Source: Macrostomum lignano (Eukaryota). From it: DNA of 23,799 nucleotides. The notes under the pieces are model-generated. The model had not been told where the DNA came from and ran no database searches. It saw only the letters and a program-made list of their open reading frames with translations. The position numbers were made by a program, and so were the translations under genes. This document shows, one piece after another, positions 11,488-21,545 of the stretch (position 1 is its first letter; each line of letters starts with the position of its first letter). The stretch spans positions 1-23,799 of the forward strand of contig NIVC01003484.1 of the NCBI GenBank assembly GCA_002269645.1, given 5' to 3'.

Positions 11488-11720
11488 TAGTAGTAGTAGT
11501 AGTAGTAGTAGTTAATTGGCTTGGGCAAGTAGTGCCCGTTATGTTAATAGAGTGTATTTAATTAGATATGAATAACTTAGTGTTAACAAAAGTTGTCAAT
11601 AATGGACAATACAATTTAAACAGTAGAAGTTTTTGCATTAGATCAATGCCTTTAAGTTGCTGTGAGATGGCTTTCTTCCAAGGATCAATTGGATTGTCAT
11701 TGTTGTTAAAGAGACTAGTG
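11488..11720 (-). mobile_element. Non-LTR retrotransposon (LINE) 3' end: last codons, 3' UTR stem-loop and (CTA/TAC)8 tail
   Basis: Frame ...TSLFNNNDNPIDPWKKAISQQLKGIDL... continues the frame of the 13206-13520 fragment once the hAT element and one TSD are removed. GGGCA-(5-nt loop)-TGCCC hairpin at 11523-11537. (TAG)8 on + at 11488-11511. Confidence 0.7.
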
Positions 11721-13205
11721 TAGGGGGCGACCGGGACGGCCAAAGTCGGGCCGGGTCGGGCCCGGGAATGAGGACTCGGGCCCGGGTCGGGCCTCGGGAA
11801 TTCGGGACAAGATCTTTAGGACAGCTCAATAATTGGAAAAAATCATTAATAAATCTTAATACTTTTAGCATATGCAGATTACTATTAAATATATAATAAA
11901 TATATTAATATATTAAATCTAATATAATATATTAAATGTATAATAAATATATGATAAACATTAAATATATTATAATATATGAATATATTAAATATATAAT
12001 AATATATAAATATAATATTATATTAAATATATAAATATATATTTTTATTTAATACATTAGTTAATACTTCAGAATAGATAAGAGTTACATTAAAAGACTT
12101 AATACTCAAATATCAATATACTCAATAGTTCAAATTCAATGTCACTGTGTGGCACAAGTACTGTGTGTGTGCCAGTGACAGTGACACTAACACTTAACAG
12201 GCAGTGAGGTAGGCAAGCAGGCACTGCGGTAGTGCGGCTGGCACTGGCAGTGGCAGTAAGCAAAAAGAAGAAAAGCTGAAGCATTAAGTGTAAGGCACTT
12301 GGCATTGGAAGCAGTAAGGAAGTAAGAACCAAATCAATTGATTGATTCTTTTATTTGAATTTTTAGTTCCTTTACATAGCTTCAATATAAAGAGCCATGT
12401 ACACAGTCAGTATTCAGTAAGACAACAAGACAAGACAACAGACAGAACACAAGTGAAGTGACAAACAACACAACACTCAACTGTCTCACAGAACAGCAAA
12501 CAGACAATGGAAATACAAGTAATTAGCTGATACCTGCCTACCTGCTCACCTACCTACCTAAACGAATATGATTACGAATACGATACTGGTCTACAACTAC
12601 AACTACCTACGAATATAATACAAATATGAACACGATTACAACTCTGATAGATAGCAAACTTCTTGAAAATGGTAGCCTTGGCCCTTAATAAGTACTTTTG
12701 GAACGTAAATAGGAAATGTTTTTACAAAAGCTTAAAAATGACAAATCAACTTTTTAAAGATATCATATTTTTGTTTTAGGCTGCAGCCTGCGCGTGTAAA
12801 GTGGAATCATATTGATCAACTATGTTTTAATTTTATCTTCCTGGAAAAAATCCGATTCTTCCTGGAAAGTGGAAACTGGCTGTGGCTGACGCTCACGGTC
12901 ACAGACGCTCCGCTTAGAGCCTACTAAATCAATGTATTGCTACTTCACATCACATCATATCATCTATTACTATTACTGAGTCGTGCAGTGCTTGAGTCTT
13001 GAGTGCTGATGCAATGCTTAACTGAGTGTTGTGCTGTGCTGTGAATAAAATAATTTTATTCTTATTTGCACGCGGTTAGTGCTTTAGGGAAAAAAGACTT
13101 GTCCGATTTCCCGACTTTTTTAGGGTCGGGCCGGGCCCGGGTCGGGCCACGATTTTGGTCGGGATTCCCGACTTTTCGGGCCGGGCCGGGACTGGGTCGC
13201 CCCTA
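11721..13205. mobile_element. Non-autonomous hAT-superfamily element (1485 bp)
   Basis: TIRs TAGGGGGCGACC / GGTCGCCCCTA, perfect 8-bp TSD GACTAGTG (11713-11720 and 13206-13213), ~100-bp subterminal arms rich in GTCGGG/CCCGAC, AT-rich non-coding interior with no transposase. Confidence 0.92.
11880..12060. repeat. AT-only low-complexity tract inside the hAT element
   Basis: Almost exclusively A/T (ATATTAAATATAT-like units). Confidence 0.8.
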
Positions 13206-13520
13206 GACTAGTGGTAGTAGAGTTAGCTTTAAATAAGTTTTACCAGAAAAGGAGGTACCTTTTCTTAATGATTTCAGAAATAGGAGAATGTTGAGTTCAT
13301 TGAGTATGACTTTATTGCTTGTATGTATGCTCTGGTAGATTAAGAATTTAAGGAGAGACTTATAGAATTTCAATTGAATATTATCCAGATCCTTAATTTT
13401 TGATTGCCTGGCCAGTGGACCCCATACCTTGCAGCCATAAGTAATGACTGTGACAACAAAATGTTTAGTGTTTTTATGATGTTTTTGTTTTTTTGTTGCT
13501 TTTTTCTGAACAATCTTCAC
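13206..13520 (-). pseudogene. Degenerate LINE ORF2 C-terminal (post-RT) fragment; 5' boundary uncertain
   Basis: VITYGCKVWG...LDNIQLKFYKSLL...TSNKVILNELN then (-1 shift) PISEIIKKRYLLFW*, matching the YGxEVWG..F.K.IL..N..V..ELG..PL..R...FW pattern of AP-endonuclease LINEs. Has a frameshift and a stop. Confidence 0.75.
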
Positions 13521-13864
13521 TCTTCAATACTAAAAGCTGAAGCTTCAACAAGCTTAGACAGAGGATGAACCCATTTTAGGCAAGAAATGGTTCGAAAACC
13601 TGCACCATCTACATAGAACTAGCCTAGTCAAGGAAGGGCAAGCCGACCTATCATAAAAAGGTTAGACACTATAGGCCAGAAATCTATGTAAGGTGGAGAG
13701 CACAGTTCCTTGTGCTAGAGGCAAGGTGGCCCTTGTAATAATTTGTTATTTTATGAAGTGCAAGTGTATGCCATATTGTTATATGCTTAAATTTATCTAA
13801 AATGATACCACTAAGATTGTAGATTATTGATCAATGTTTTGGCAATGTAGCATTGGATAATATT

Positions 13865-16372
13865 TTAAAGAAAGAAAAAGTTTCCTTGATACATTAAAAA
13901 TGGAATTGGCTGATGAAAAAAGTGCTGAGTAGGTTCAATAAATACTAAATGGTCATTATTCACAGTGCATATAAAACTGCTATAATGACAAGAAAATTTA
14001 GCATTCACTTTTTTACAAATAATTATCCACTTGTTGGAAAGTTGAATAATATGGCTAATTAATGCTAAAGCAATTCCAGTTGGTTCTAAAATTGGCAAAC
14101 AATAACGGTAATTTAATGTTGGAGTCCGATATACAAACCCCTGATATTTTAGTTCATTAGTAGAAAGACAAATAGTGCCAATAATTGAGTCTGTATCTAA
14201 ATTCATGTTGTTGCATAACTCAGTTTGTTCATCTATTGTCAATAGCATATTTAAGCTAATAGGATTTATATTATGGCTCTTAATTGTACCTGGTTCATAG
14301 TGCTTAATGATAAGTACCTTTTGAATTTGATATTGTTTTGCACATGTATAGGCAGGATTTTTGAAATTTCTTGCATGCCTGTTTATATTCTTAAGCAATT
14401 GATGATGAGCTTCACCTCGCATACACCATAAGTATTTAAGACCACTATAATAATGATAAAATTCAGGATAGTGACATATATAATGCAATTTACATTTATA
14501 TTTAGGATTGAAGCCCGTGTTTCTATATATTAATTCTAATTGGCCAGAAATAAGAGATTGAAAATATTCTAAGTTTATGCTACTATCATATGGGGACAAA
14601 ATTATGTCAAGAAACTGCCTGTGACAATTAAATAATATCCAAATATCATCATCCAACTCAAACAAATGTCCAAATAAAAGTCCAAAGTATTGTAGAATAA
14701 CAATTATTTGATTAGAAGTACATGGTAGATGATAATTTTGTAAGTGATATTTATTTATTGTAGGAATACTGACTTCTTTAATCAAATTTAGTTGTTTGTT
14801 TATATAGTCTATACTAATATTATGATTTTGAATAATACTTAATAGAATAATACATATAACAACATGAGAAAACCCTTCAAACACATCATGCATTATATCA
14901 GGGGGAAAAATATTGAAAGTTAATATATGCTACACTTCTAAACACAGATGGTGAAATTAAACCATTACTTAAGGATTTAAAATCTTCAATATATGATGAA
15001 TTATCTCGATATTCAAATAGGAATAATGTACTTAATTCTTCTAATCTAATGCTACAAAGCTGTTTATAACCTATAAAACAAAATCTACAAATATAACCAC
15101 TTGAAAACCAAGTTTGCATACCTAACATTCTATGTATTGATAAATTATCCCCAGTCATGAAAGCAGCAATAACAGGCATTTTTATCAAATTACTTATTTG
15201 AAATTCTTCAAAGTAAAGCTCATTCAGCTCTCTAATTAATGGAAATAAACAAAACTGTAAACCTTTCTTTTTAACATTTGAATCATTAAATACTGTTAAA
15301 AGAAAATATAAGTCTGAAGATGAACTAAGATATTCAGGGAAATTAAGAATAGTAAAGTATACTACACATAATTTATGTTTTGTTTTGGCAGACCCAATAG
15401 GATTACATATTTCAATTTCATCTGAATAAAGTTTTATGAATATACCATTCTTATTTGTTAACAATGGACTAATATGTTCTTCAAAAAAGTAGACTTGAAA
15501 AAAAATTTTCTTTGTTGGTTGCATTTAAATAAGAATTTGTAATAATATACTTAAGCAATGTCTCATTTTTTATAATAGAACTAAGTGTTTCTTTTATTGG
15601 AATATATAGAATTTTTAATTTTGATTCTTCATCTATGATTTCAATGGGCTCAACAAAATTAAACTTGTTTTGTAAAATTTCAAATATTTTTTTATTACTT
15701 AATAGATGCTCTAATGAAAGGTCAATCATTTCTTGCAAATTTAATTTATTTTTATAAGAATTATAGCTGTTAACTATTGAAGGACATTCTTCTTTTAAAA
15801 ATTGCTCAAATAACAAAAAATAGTCATCAGCAAACTTCAATACTATTTCCTTAACAAGTTCACATAATTGATTAGATTTGCTTTTAGGAATTAAAAAGAA
15901 ATGTCTAGACTTTAGATAAAAGTAAACAAAATTTTCAGCAAGATGTTTTCTTGTATTTTCACATAAAAAATCACTAGACATTTCAAATTCAGGGTCTTTT
16001 TTTCATTTTCAACTTGGTTACAAATAGTAGATAATATGGCTATATCTATAGGCACAGCTTGCAATTCATTTTCTAAAGGGTTTCCTAATAGTCTAGAGTA
16101 GGGTTATTATGAACACAATTTGGCTGTAGAACTTGGTCTTGGGAAAAATTATCAACAACACTGTTTTTGTGCATACGATAGGCATGTGCTTGTAATCCTT
16201 CAATTGTAACACTAATATGGTAACATCCCCTAACTGGACATAAAAAATTGCTATTCCCAAAAGAATGGTATAGTTTTATATGACTTATAAGCTTAAATAA
16301 ATCCTTGTGTGTATGAAGACATATACTACATTGAAATAGTTTTGAAATTACATTTTCATCTCCATTTAACAT
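13865..16372 (-). CDS. EnSpm/CMC-type DDE transposase with two N-terminal C2H2 zinc fingers (~835 aa after repairing four homopolymer indels)
   Basis: C2H2 motifs CSIC..HIKLYH and CPVRGC..HAYRMH. Core motifs LYSDEIEICNPIGSAKTKHKL, GDNL, CRFC, (PPDI)MHDVFEG, KLHYICHY and WCMRGEAHH, giving the D, D, E triad plus the C(2)C and H(3)H signatures of CMC transposases. Split over ORFs 16085-16372, 15481-15981, 14898-15524 and 13865-14893. Confidence 0.88.
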
Positions 16373-16885
16373 ATCCTGGACAGTGGATAAGCCTACTAAA
16401 TTCGTCGTTGTGGAATGGACAACGCGTAAAAACGTTTAAAAAGCACTAATTTTTAGGTTTGATCAGAACGAATTGCACGCAACAATCTAAATGTTCGAAG
16501 TTAGTAGAGTGAAACAAAAGTTCCCAACATATTTTTGATCTGTGTTAGAAATGCGCTTGTACCTGTTAAAAGGAATACAATATATAATTCCTTTAATTCA
16601 AGGCATTTAGAGCTTTCGATTGATGCAATTACATTTGACGGATAATTTTATTTGTGTTTTTATGCGGCAAAAATACGGTGGTATAAAACCTAAATTTATT
16701 TCCAGTCCGATTTTCTCTATAAAATCTCGCGTGTGCTTAAAAAATATCATTTGAGGGCACTTGAAAAATTTCATTCGTTTTCTCTGACCAAAAAAATCGG
16801 ACCTTCAGACATGAAGGTCGCCTTCAGGCATGAAGGTCCGCATTATGCAATTCGGACCTTATCCGGACCCATAAGATTTACAGTG

Positions 16886-17968
16886 TAGCACAAGGGCCTT
16901 ATCATCAGGGCCTTTTAGCAACAAGGGGCTTTAGCGCATCAGGGGCTTTTAGCACAAGGGGCTTTAGCGCATCAGGGGCTTTAACATCAGGGGCTTTAGC
17001 ATCAGGTGCTTTTAGCACAAGGGGCTTTTACCATACGGGGCTTTAGCACCAGGGGCTTTAGCACCAGGGGCTTTAGCACCAGGGCTTTAGCACCAGGGGC
17101 TTTAGCATCAGGCCAACAGGGGCTTTAGCAACAGGAGGTTTAGCACAAGGGTCTTTAGCACCAGGGGCTTTAGCATCAGGGCTTTAGCACCAGGAGCTTT
17201 TAGCAACAGGAGGTTTAGCACAAGGGCCTTTAGCAACAGGGGCTTTAGCAACAGGAGGTTTAGCACAAGGGCCTTTAGCACCAGGGGCTCTAGCATCAGG
17301 GGCTTTAGCAACAGGGACTTTAGCACAAGAGCCTTTAGCACCAGGAGCTTTAGCATCAGGGGCTTTAGCACCTGATAGCCTTTAGCATCAGGGGCTTTAG
17401 CACCTGATAGCCTTTAGCATCAGGGGCTTTAGCACCTGATAGCCTTTAGCATCAGGGGCTTTAGCACCTGATAGCCTTTAGCATCAGGGGCTTTAGCACC
17501 TGATAGCCTTTAGCATCAGGGCTTTAGCACCTGATAGCCTTTAGCAACAGGGGCTTTAGCAACAGGAGGTTTAGCACAAGGGCCTTTAGCACCAGGGGCT
17601 CTAGAATCAGGGGCTTTAGCACCAGGAGTCTTTAGCAACAGGAGGTTTAGCACAAGGCCTTTAGCACCAGGGTCTCTAGAATCAGGGGCTTTAGCACCAG
17701 GAGTCTTTAGCAACAGGAGGTTTAGCACAAGGGCCTTTAGCAACATGGGCTTTAGCAACAGGAGGTTTAGCACAAGGGCCTTTAGCAACAGGGGCTTTAG
17801 CAACAGGAGGTTTAGCACAAGGGCCTTTAGCACCAGGGGCTTTATCAACAGGGACTTTAGCACAAGAGCCTTTAGCACCAGGAGCTTTAGCATCAGGGGC
17901 TTTAGCACCAGGAGTCTTTAGCAACATGAGGTTTAGCACAAGGGCCTTTTGCATCAGGGGCTTTAGCA
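16886..17968. repeat. 15-bp GGGGCTTTAGCA(C/T/AC)(C/A)A minisatellite, ~70 units, with an internal 32-bp higher-order block
   Basis: Visible tandem TTTAGCA cores every 14-17 bp. The 32-bp unit CCTGATAGCCTTTAGCATCAGGGGCTTTAGCA recurs at 17371, 17403, 17435, 17467, 17499 and (partial) 17530. Confidence 0.95.
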
Positions 17969-18030
17969 AGGAGACGCCCAACCCTGATCAATATTAAAAA
18001 CGCAATAGACGTATGCAGATCATGCCTCAC

Positions 18031-18147
18031 AGTTCTCAGCTTCATCCAGGCCTGGTGATCATAGTTTAACGAGCCGCCAAAGTCCGGCATCAGGTTGGCT
18101 TTGCTGACAAACTGATAAAGCTCTTGTGAGCTTGGCAACAATACGCT
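18031..18147 (-). CDS. Host gene exon, C-terminal end of the CRAL-TRIO/Sec14 domain (SVLLPSSQELYQFVSKANLMPDFGGSLNYDHQAWMKLRT)
   Basis: Acceptor TTTCAG|AGC, donor ACT|GTGAGG, 117 nt, phase 0-0. Matches the L..YID..QL..DLGGTL.Y.H..W...R motif of Trio/Kalirin/MCF2L/SESTD1. Confidence 0.88.
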
Positions 18148-18237
18148 CTGAAAGTTTTCGAAAGTTTTTGATCTGATTAATTCGCTGCCCAGTTATCAAA
18201 GGATCATCAAAGATCTCTGTATGATTTACGAGCTAAC

Positions 18238-18396
18238 AAACCTGAAAAGACCTGGCATTCGGATCTGGTGCCGACTTTCTGGTAGGCAGCAAAGTTTTCT
18301 TCTGGTAGAGACGAGCATCTTTTGAAGACTCTTGGCGAGCTCCTTGCTTTTTGGCATCAGAGCGTAGAACACGGCGACGCTGCCAGGTGAACGAGA
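18238..18396 (-). CDS. Host gene exon, CRAL-TRIO domain (SRSPGSVAVFYALMPKS...LFRF)
   Basis: Acceptor ATTGCAG|TCT at 18397/18396 and probable phase-0 donor TTT|GTTAGC at 18238/18237 (donor less certain). Resembles the FPG.I...L...P motif of this family. Confidence 0.7.
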
Positions 18397-18503
18397 CTGC
18401 AATTTATGGCAAAAATAGAGAAGTAATTTCACTATCGTTTCAGCTGTTGAAGTGGGAGTGGCAGAATATTTTCAGAAGGAAATTGATTTGATAAAACATA
18501 AAA

Positions 18504-18733
18504 ATCGTCCCACAACCATGGCGCTGACGCCAATTCTACCCATTCCACTCTGACTCCCAAGCACATATACTGTACGCAGGCACACACACACACACACACG
18601 CTCACACAGGGTGACCATCTAATCGTCAGGCATGTAAAATGGATTTAAAATCCCAAAAGAATGTGGCCGCGCATGGAATCGAATCAAGGGTCAGACAGCG
18701 TTTGCCGCTGATCTGTTCTGCCACATGAGCTTG
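18504..18733 (-). mobile_element. Candidate tRNA-derived SINE (tRNA-like head 18733-18664; body includes the repeat shared with 7770-7872)
   Basis: Minus strand reads AGCTCATGTGGCAGAAC (A-box/D-arm-like), the hairpin CAGCG-GCAAA-CGCTG, then GATTCGATTCC (B-box-like). It is not a canonical tRNA. Confidence 0.42.
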
Positions 18734-19189
18734 CAATGATAGTCCAGCTATTTTTGAAAATTCCCAGCAACGTATTGCAATAGGAACGAATGGAGAGCTA
18801 TATTTCTCTATTTGGCTTTTGTTTTGGCTATACCTTTTGTCATTTTTTATTGTTAAACTCCACCTGGCTGGACAAGGTACAAAGTCATGAAGCTTGGCTC
18901 ACTCAGAAAAGCACACCGGAAGTGAGAAAATGAATCATTTTTGTCACACTTTGATTTTTTGCTTTGTTCAACTGCAGAGCCTGACAAACAAAGTCGCACA
19001 GAAAATGTTTTTGAGCAGCTCTGATATGTGTTGATCTTTGATTGAACATTTTTGACTCAGATATGTGCGATAACTAGACGTGTGCCACCCTTGACTTTCC
19101 CAGAAAATCACCTTAAAGTAGTTTATTGATTTTAACTGCCTTACAATTACAACATTACCCTAAATAACCCAAAATACTGGTACCACCTT

Positions 19190-19605
19190 AAATAAAACCG
19201 AAAATGTCACCAAAGCTACCTAAAATATCACCCTAAACTACCCGAAAATGTCACCAAAGCTACCTAAAATATCACCCTAAACTACCCGAAAATGTCACCA
19301 AAGCTACCTAAAATATCACCCTAAACTACCCGAAAATGTCACCAAAGCTACCTAAAATATCACCCTAAACTACCCGAAAATGTCACCAAAGCTACCTAAA
19401 TATCACCCTAAACTACCCGAAAATGTCACCAAAGCTACCTAAAATATCACCCTAAACTACCCGAAAATGTCACCAAAGCTACCTAAAATATCACCCTAAA
19501 CTACCGAAAATGTCACCAAAGCTACCTAAAATATCACCCTAAACTACCCGAAAATGCCACCAAACTAATCAAAAATACCACCATAGCCTACCCGAAAATT
19601 CTACC
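19190..19605. repeat. 44-bp tandem array (two diverged 22-bp subunits), ~8-9 units
   Basis: Unit TAAAATATCACCCTAAACTACC + CGAAAATGTCACCAAAGCTACC; period 44 (e.g. 19221 to 19265). Confidence 0.95.
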
Positions 19606-20039
19606 ATACTTTTTGGAATATTGGGAGGGGGGTGCTTGCTATCAGCGAATGGTTGCTATTTGGGGGGATGCTTGCGGTCTGGGGGGATACATTCTATTTA
19701 GACAAAAGTGTGTTATCTTTGTAAAGGCTTTTTTGTTGTATTTTTGTTGCTTTTAAAAAAAGAAAGCTCGTATTCTTAGCAAAAATCTTTGTCCATGACA
19801 ATTTTACACGAGTAATCACCTTGATTTATAAAACTGAAGAGGAATTGGTTCTTAAGAAAATGTGCTTTATAATGGATTGCATAAATAATTTTTGCTCCTT
19901 ACATATTGCGCCTTGAAGGGGGGCACTAGATTGCTAGTACTACCCCAAAATTTCATACCTGGCTACCAAAATACCGCCCTAAAAACCCATAAACACCAAC
20001 AAAACTACTCAAAAATTCCGCCCAGAACCGCTCCAAAAC

Positions 20040-21545
20040 TTCCACCCTAAACTACGTAAAAAAATCTGACTAAACTACCTAGAACATCACCCTAAACTAC
20101 CTAAAAATTCAGACTAAACTACCTAGAACATCACCCTAAACTACGTAAAAAATCTGACTAAACTACCTAGAACATCATCCTAAACTACGTAAAAAAATCT
20201 GACTAAACTACCTAGAACATCATCCTAAACTACGTAAAAAAATCTGACTAAACTACCTAGAACATCATCCTAAACTACGTAAAAAATCTGACTAAACTAC
20301 CTAGAACATCATCCTAAACTACGTAAAAAAATCTGACTAAACTACCTAGAACATCATCCTAAACTACGTAAAAAATCTGACTAAACTACTAGAACATCAT
20401 CCTAAACTACGTAAAAAAATCTGACTAAACTACCTAGAACATCATCCTAAACTACGTAAAAAATCTGACTAAACTACCTAGAACATCATCCTAAACTACG
20501 TAAAAAAATCTGACTAAACTACCTAGAACATCATCCTAAACTACCTAAAAAATTCAGACTAAACTACCTAGAACATCATCCTAAACTACCTAAAAAATTC
20601 AGACTAAACTACCTAGAACATCATCCTAAACTACCTAAAAAATTCAGACTAAACTACCTAGAACATCATCCTAAACTACCTAAAAAATTCAGACTAAACT
20701 ACCTAGAACATCATCCTAAACTACCTAAAAAATTCAGACTAAACTACCTAGAACATCATCCTAAACTACCTAAAAAATTCAGACTAAACTACCTAGAACA
20801 TCATCCTAAACTACCTAAAAATTCAGACTAAACTACTAGAACATCATCCTAAACTACCTAAAAAATTCAGACTAAACTACCTAGAACATCATCCTAAACT
20901 ACCTAAAAAATTCAGACTAAACTACCTAGAACATCATCCTAAACTACCTAAAAAATTCAGACTAAACTACCTAGAACATCATCCTAAACTACCTAAAAAA
21001 TTCAGACTAAACTACCTAGAACATCATCCTAAACTACCTAAAAAATTCAGACTAAACTACTAGAAATCATCCTAAACTACCTAAAAAATTCAGACTAAAC
21101 TACCTAGAACATCATCCTAAACTACCTAAAAAATTCAGACTAAACTACCTAGAACATCATCCTAAACTACCTAAAAAATTCAGACTAAACTACCTAGAAC
21201 ATCATCCTAAACTACCTAAAAAATTCAGACTAAACTACTAGAACATCATCCTAAACTACCTAAAAAATTCAGACTAAACTACCTAGAACATCATCCTAAA
21301 CTACCTAAAAAATTCAGACTAAACTACCTAGAACATCATCCTAAACTACCTAAAAAATTCAGACTAAACTACCTAGAACATCATCCTAAACTACCTAAAA
21401 AATTCAGACTAAACTACCTAAAACATCGCCCTAAACTACCTAAAAAATTCAGACTAAACTACCTAAAACAGCACCCTAAACTACCTAAAAAATTCAGACT
21501 AAACTACCTAAAACATCACCCTAAACTACCTAAAACCACAGAATA
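20040..21545. repeat. 45-bp tandem array (23+22-bp subunits), ~33 units, in two homogenised variant blocks
   Basis: Unit AAAAAATTCAGACTAAACTACCT + AGAACATCATCCTAAACTACCT; period 45 (20521 to 20566). The variant CTACGTAAAAAA(A)TCTGAC dominates to ~20510 and CTACCTAAAAAATTCAGAC after. Confidence 0.97.

Larger units (their letters stand above)
8801..16885 (-). mobile_element. Full-length EnSpm/CACTA-like (CMC superfamily) DNA transposon, 8085 bp including nested insertions
   Basis: Imperfect 33-bp TIRs: CACTGTAATTCCTAAAGGTCCGAAGAAGGTCCG (left) versus CACTGTAAATCTTATGGGTCCGGATAAGGTCCG (right, reverse complement). TA duplication at 8799-8800 and 16886-16887. Subterminal AAGGTCCG repeats at both ends. 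Internal DDE transposase plus a second ORF. Confidence 0.92.

Noticed and set aside
12830-12880. CTTCCTGGAAAA...CTTCCTGGAAAGTGGAAACTGG, resembling another hAT right end nested in the MITE
   Set aside because: No partner left end or TSD found.
17108-17981. ORFs encoding KAPGAKAP / LKPLVLKAL repeats
   Set aside because: These are translations of the 15-bp minisatellite (period divisible by 3); frames break at every indel and there are no splice signals linking them to the host gene.
18664-18733. Functional tRNA gene
   Set aside because: No proper acceptor stem, a 5-nt rather than 7-nt anticodon loop, and degenerate boxes; retained only as a possible SINE head.
19603-19700. TACCATACTTTTTGGAATA followed by GGGGG(T/A)GCTT repeats, reminiscent of pogo/Tigger-type MITE ends
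   Set aside because: No matching second terminus or TA duplication found.
16886-21545. CRISPR-like appearance of the regular repeats
   Set aside because: No unique spacers, units are directly tandem, the context is eukaryotic and there are no cas genes.
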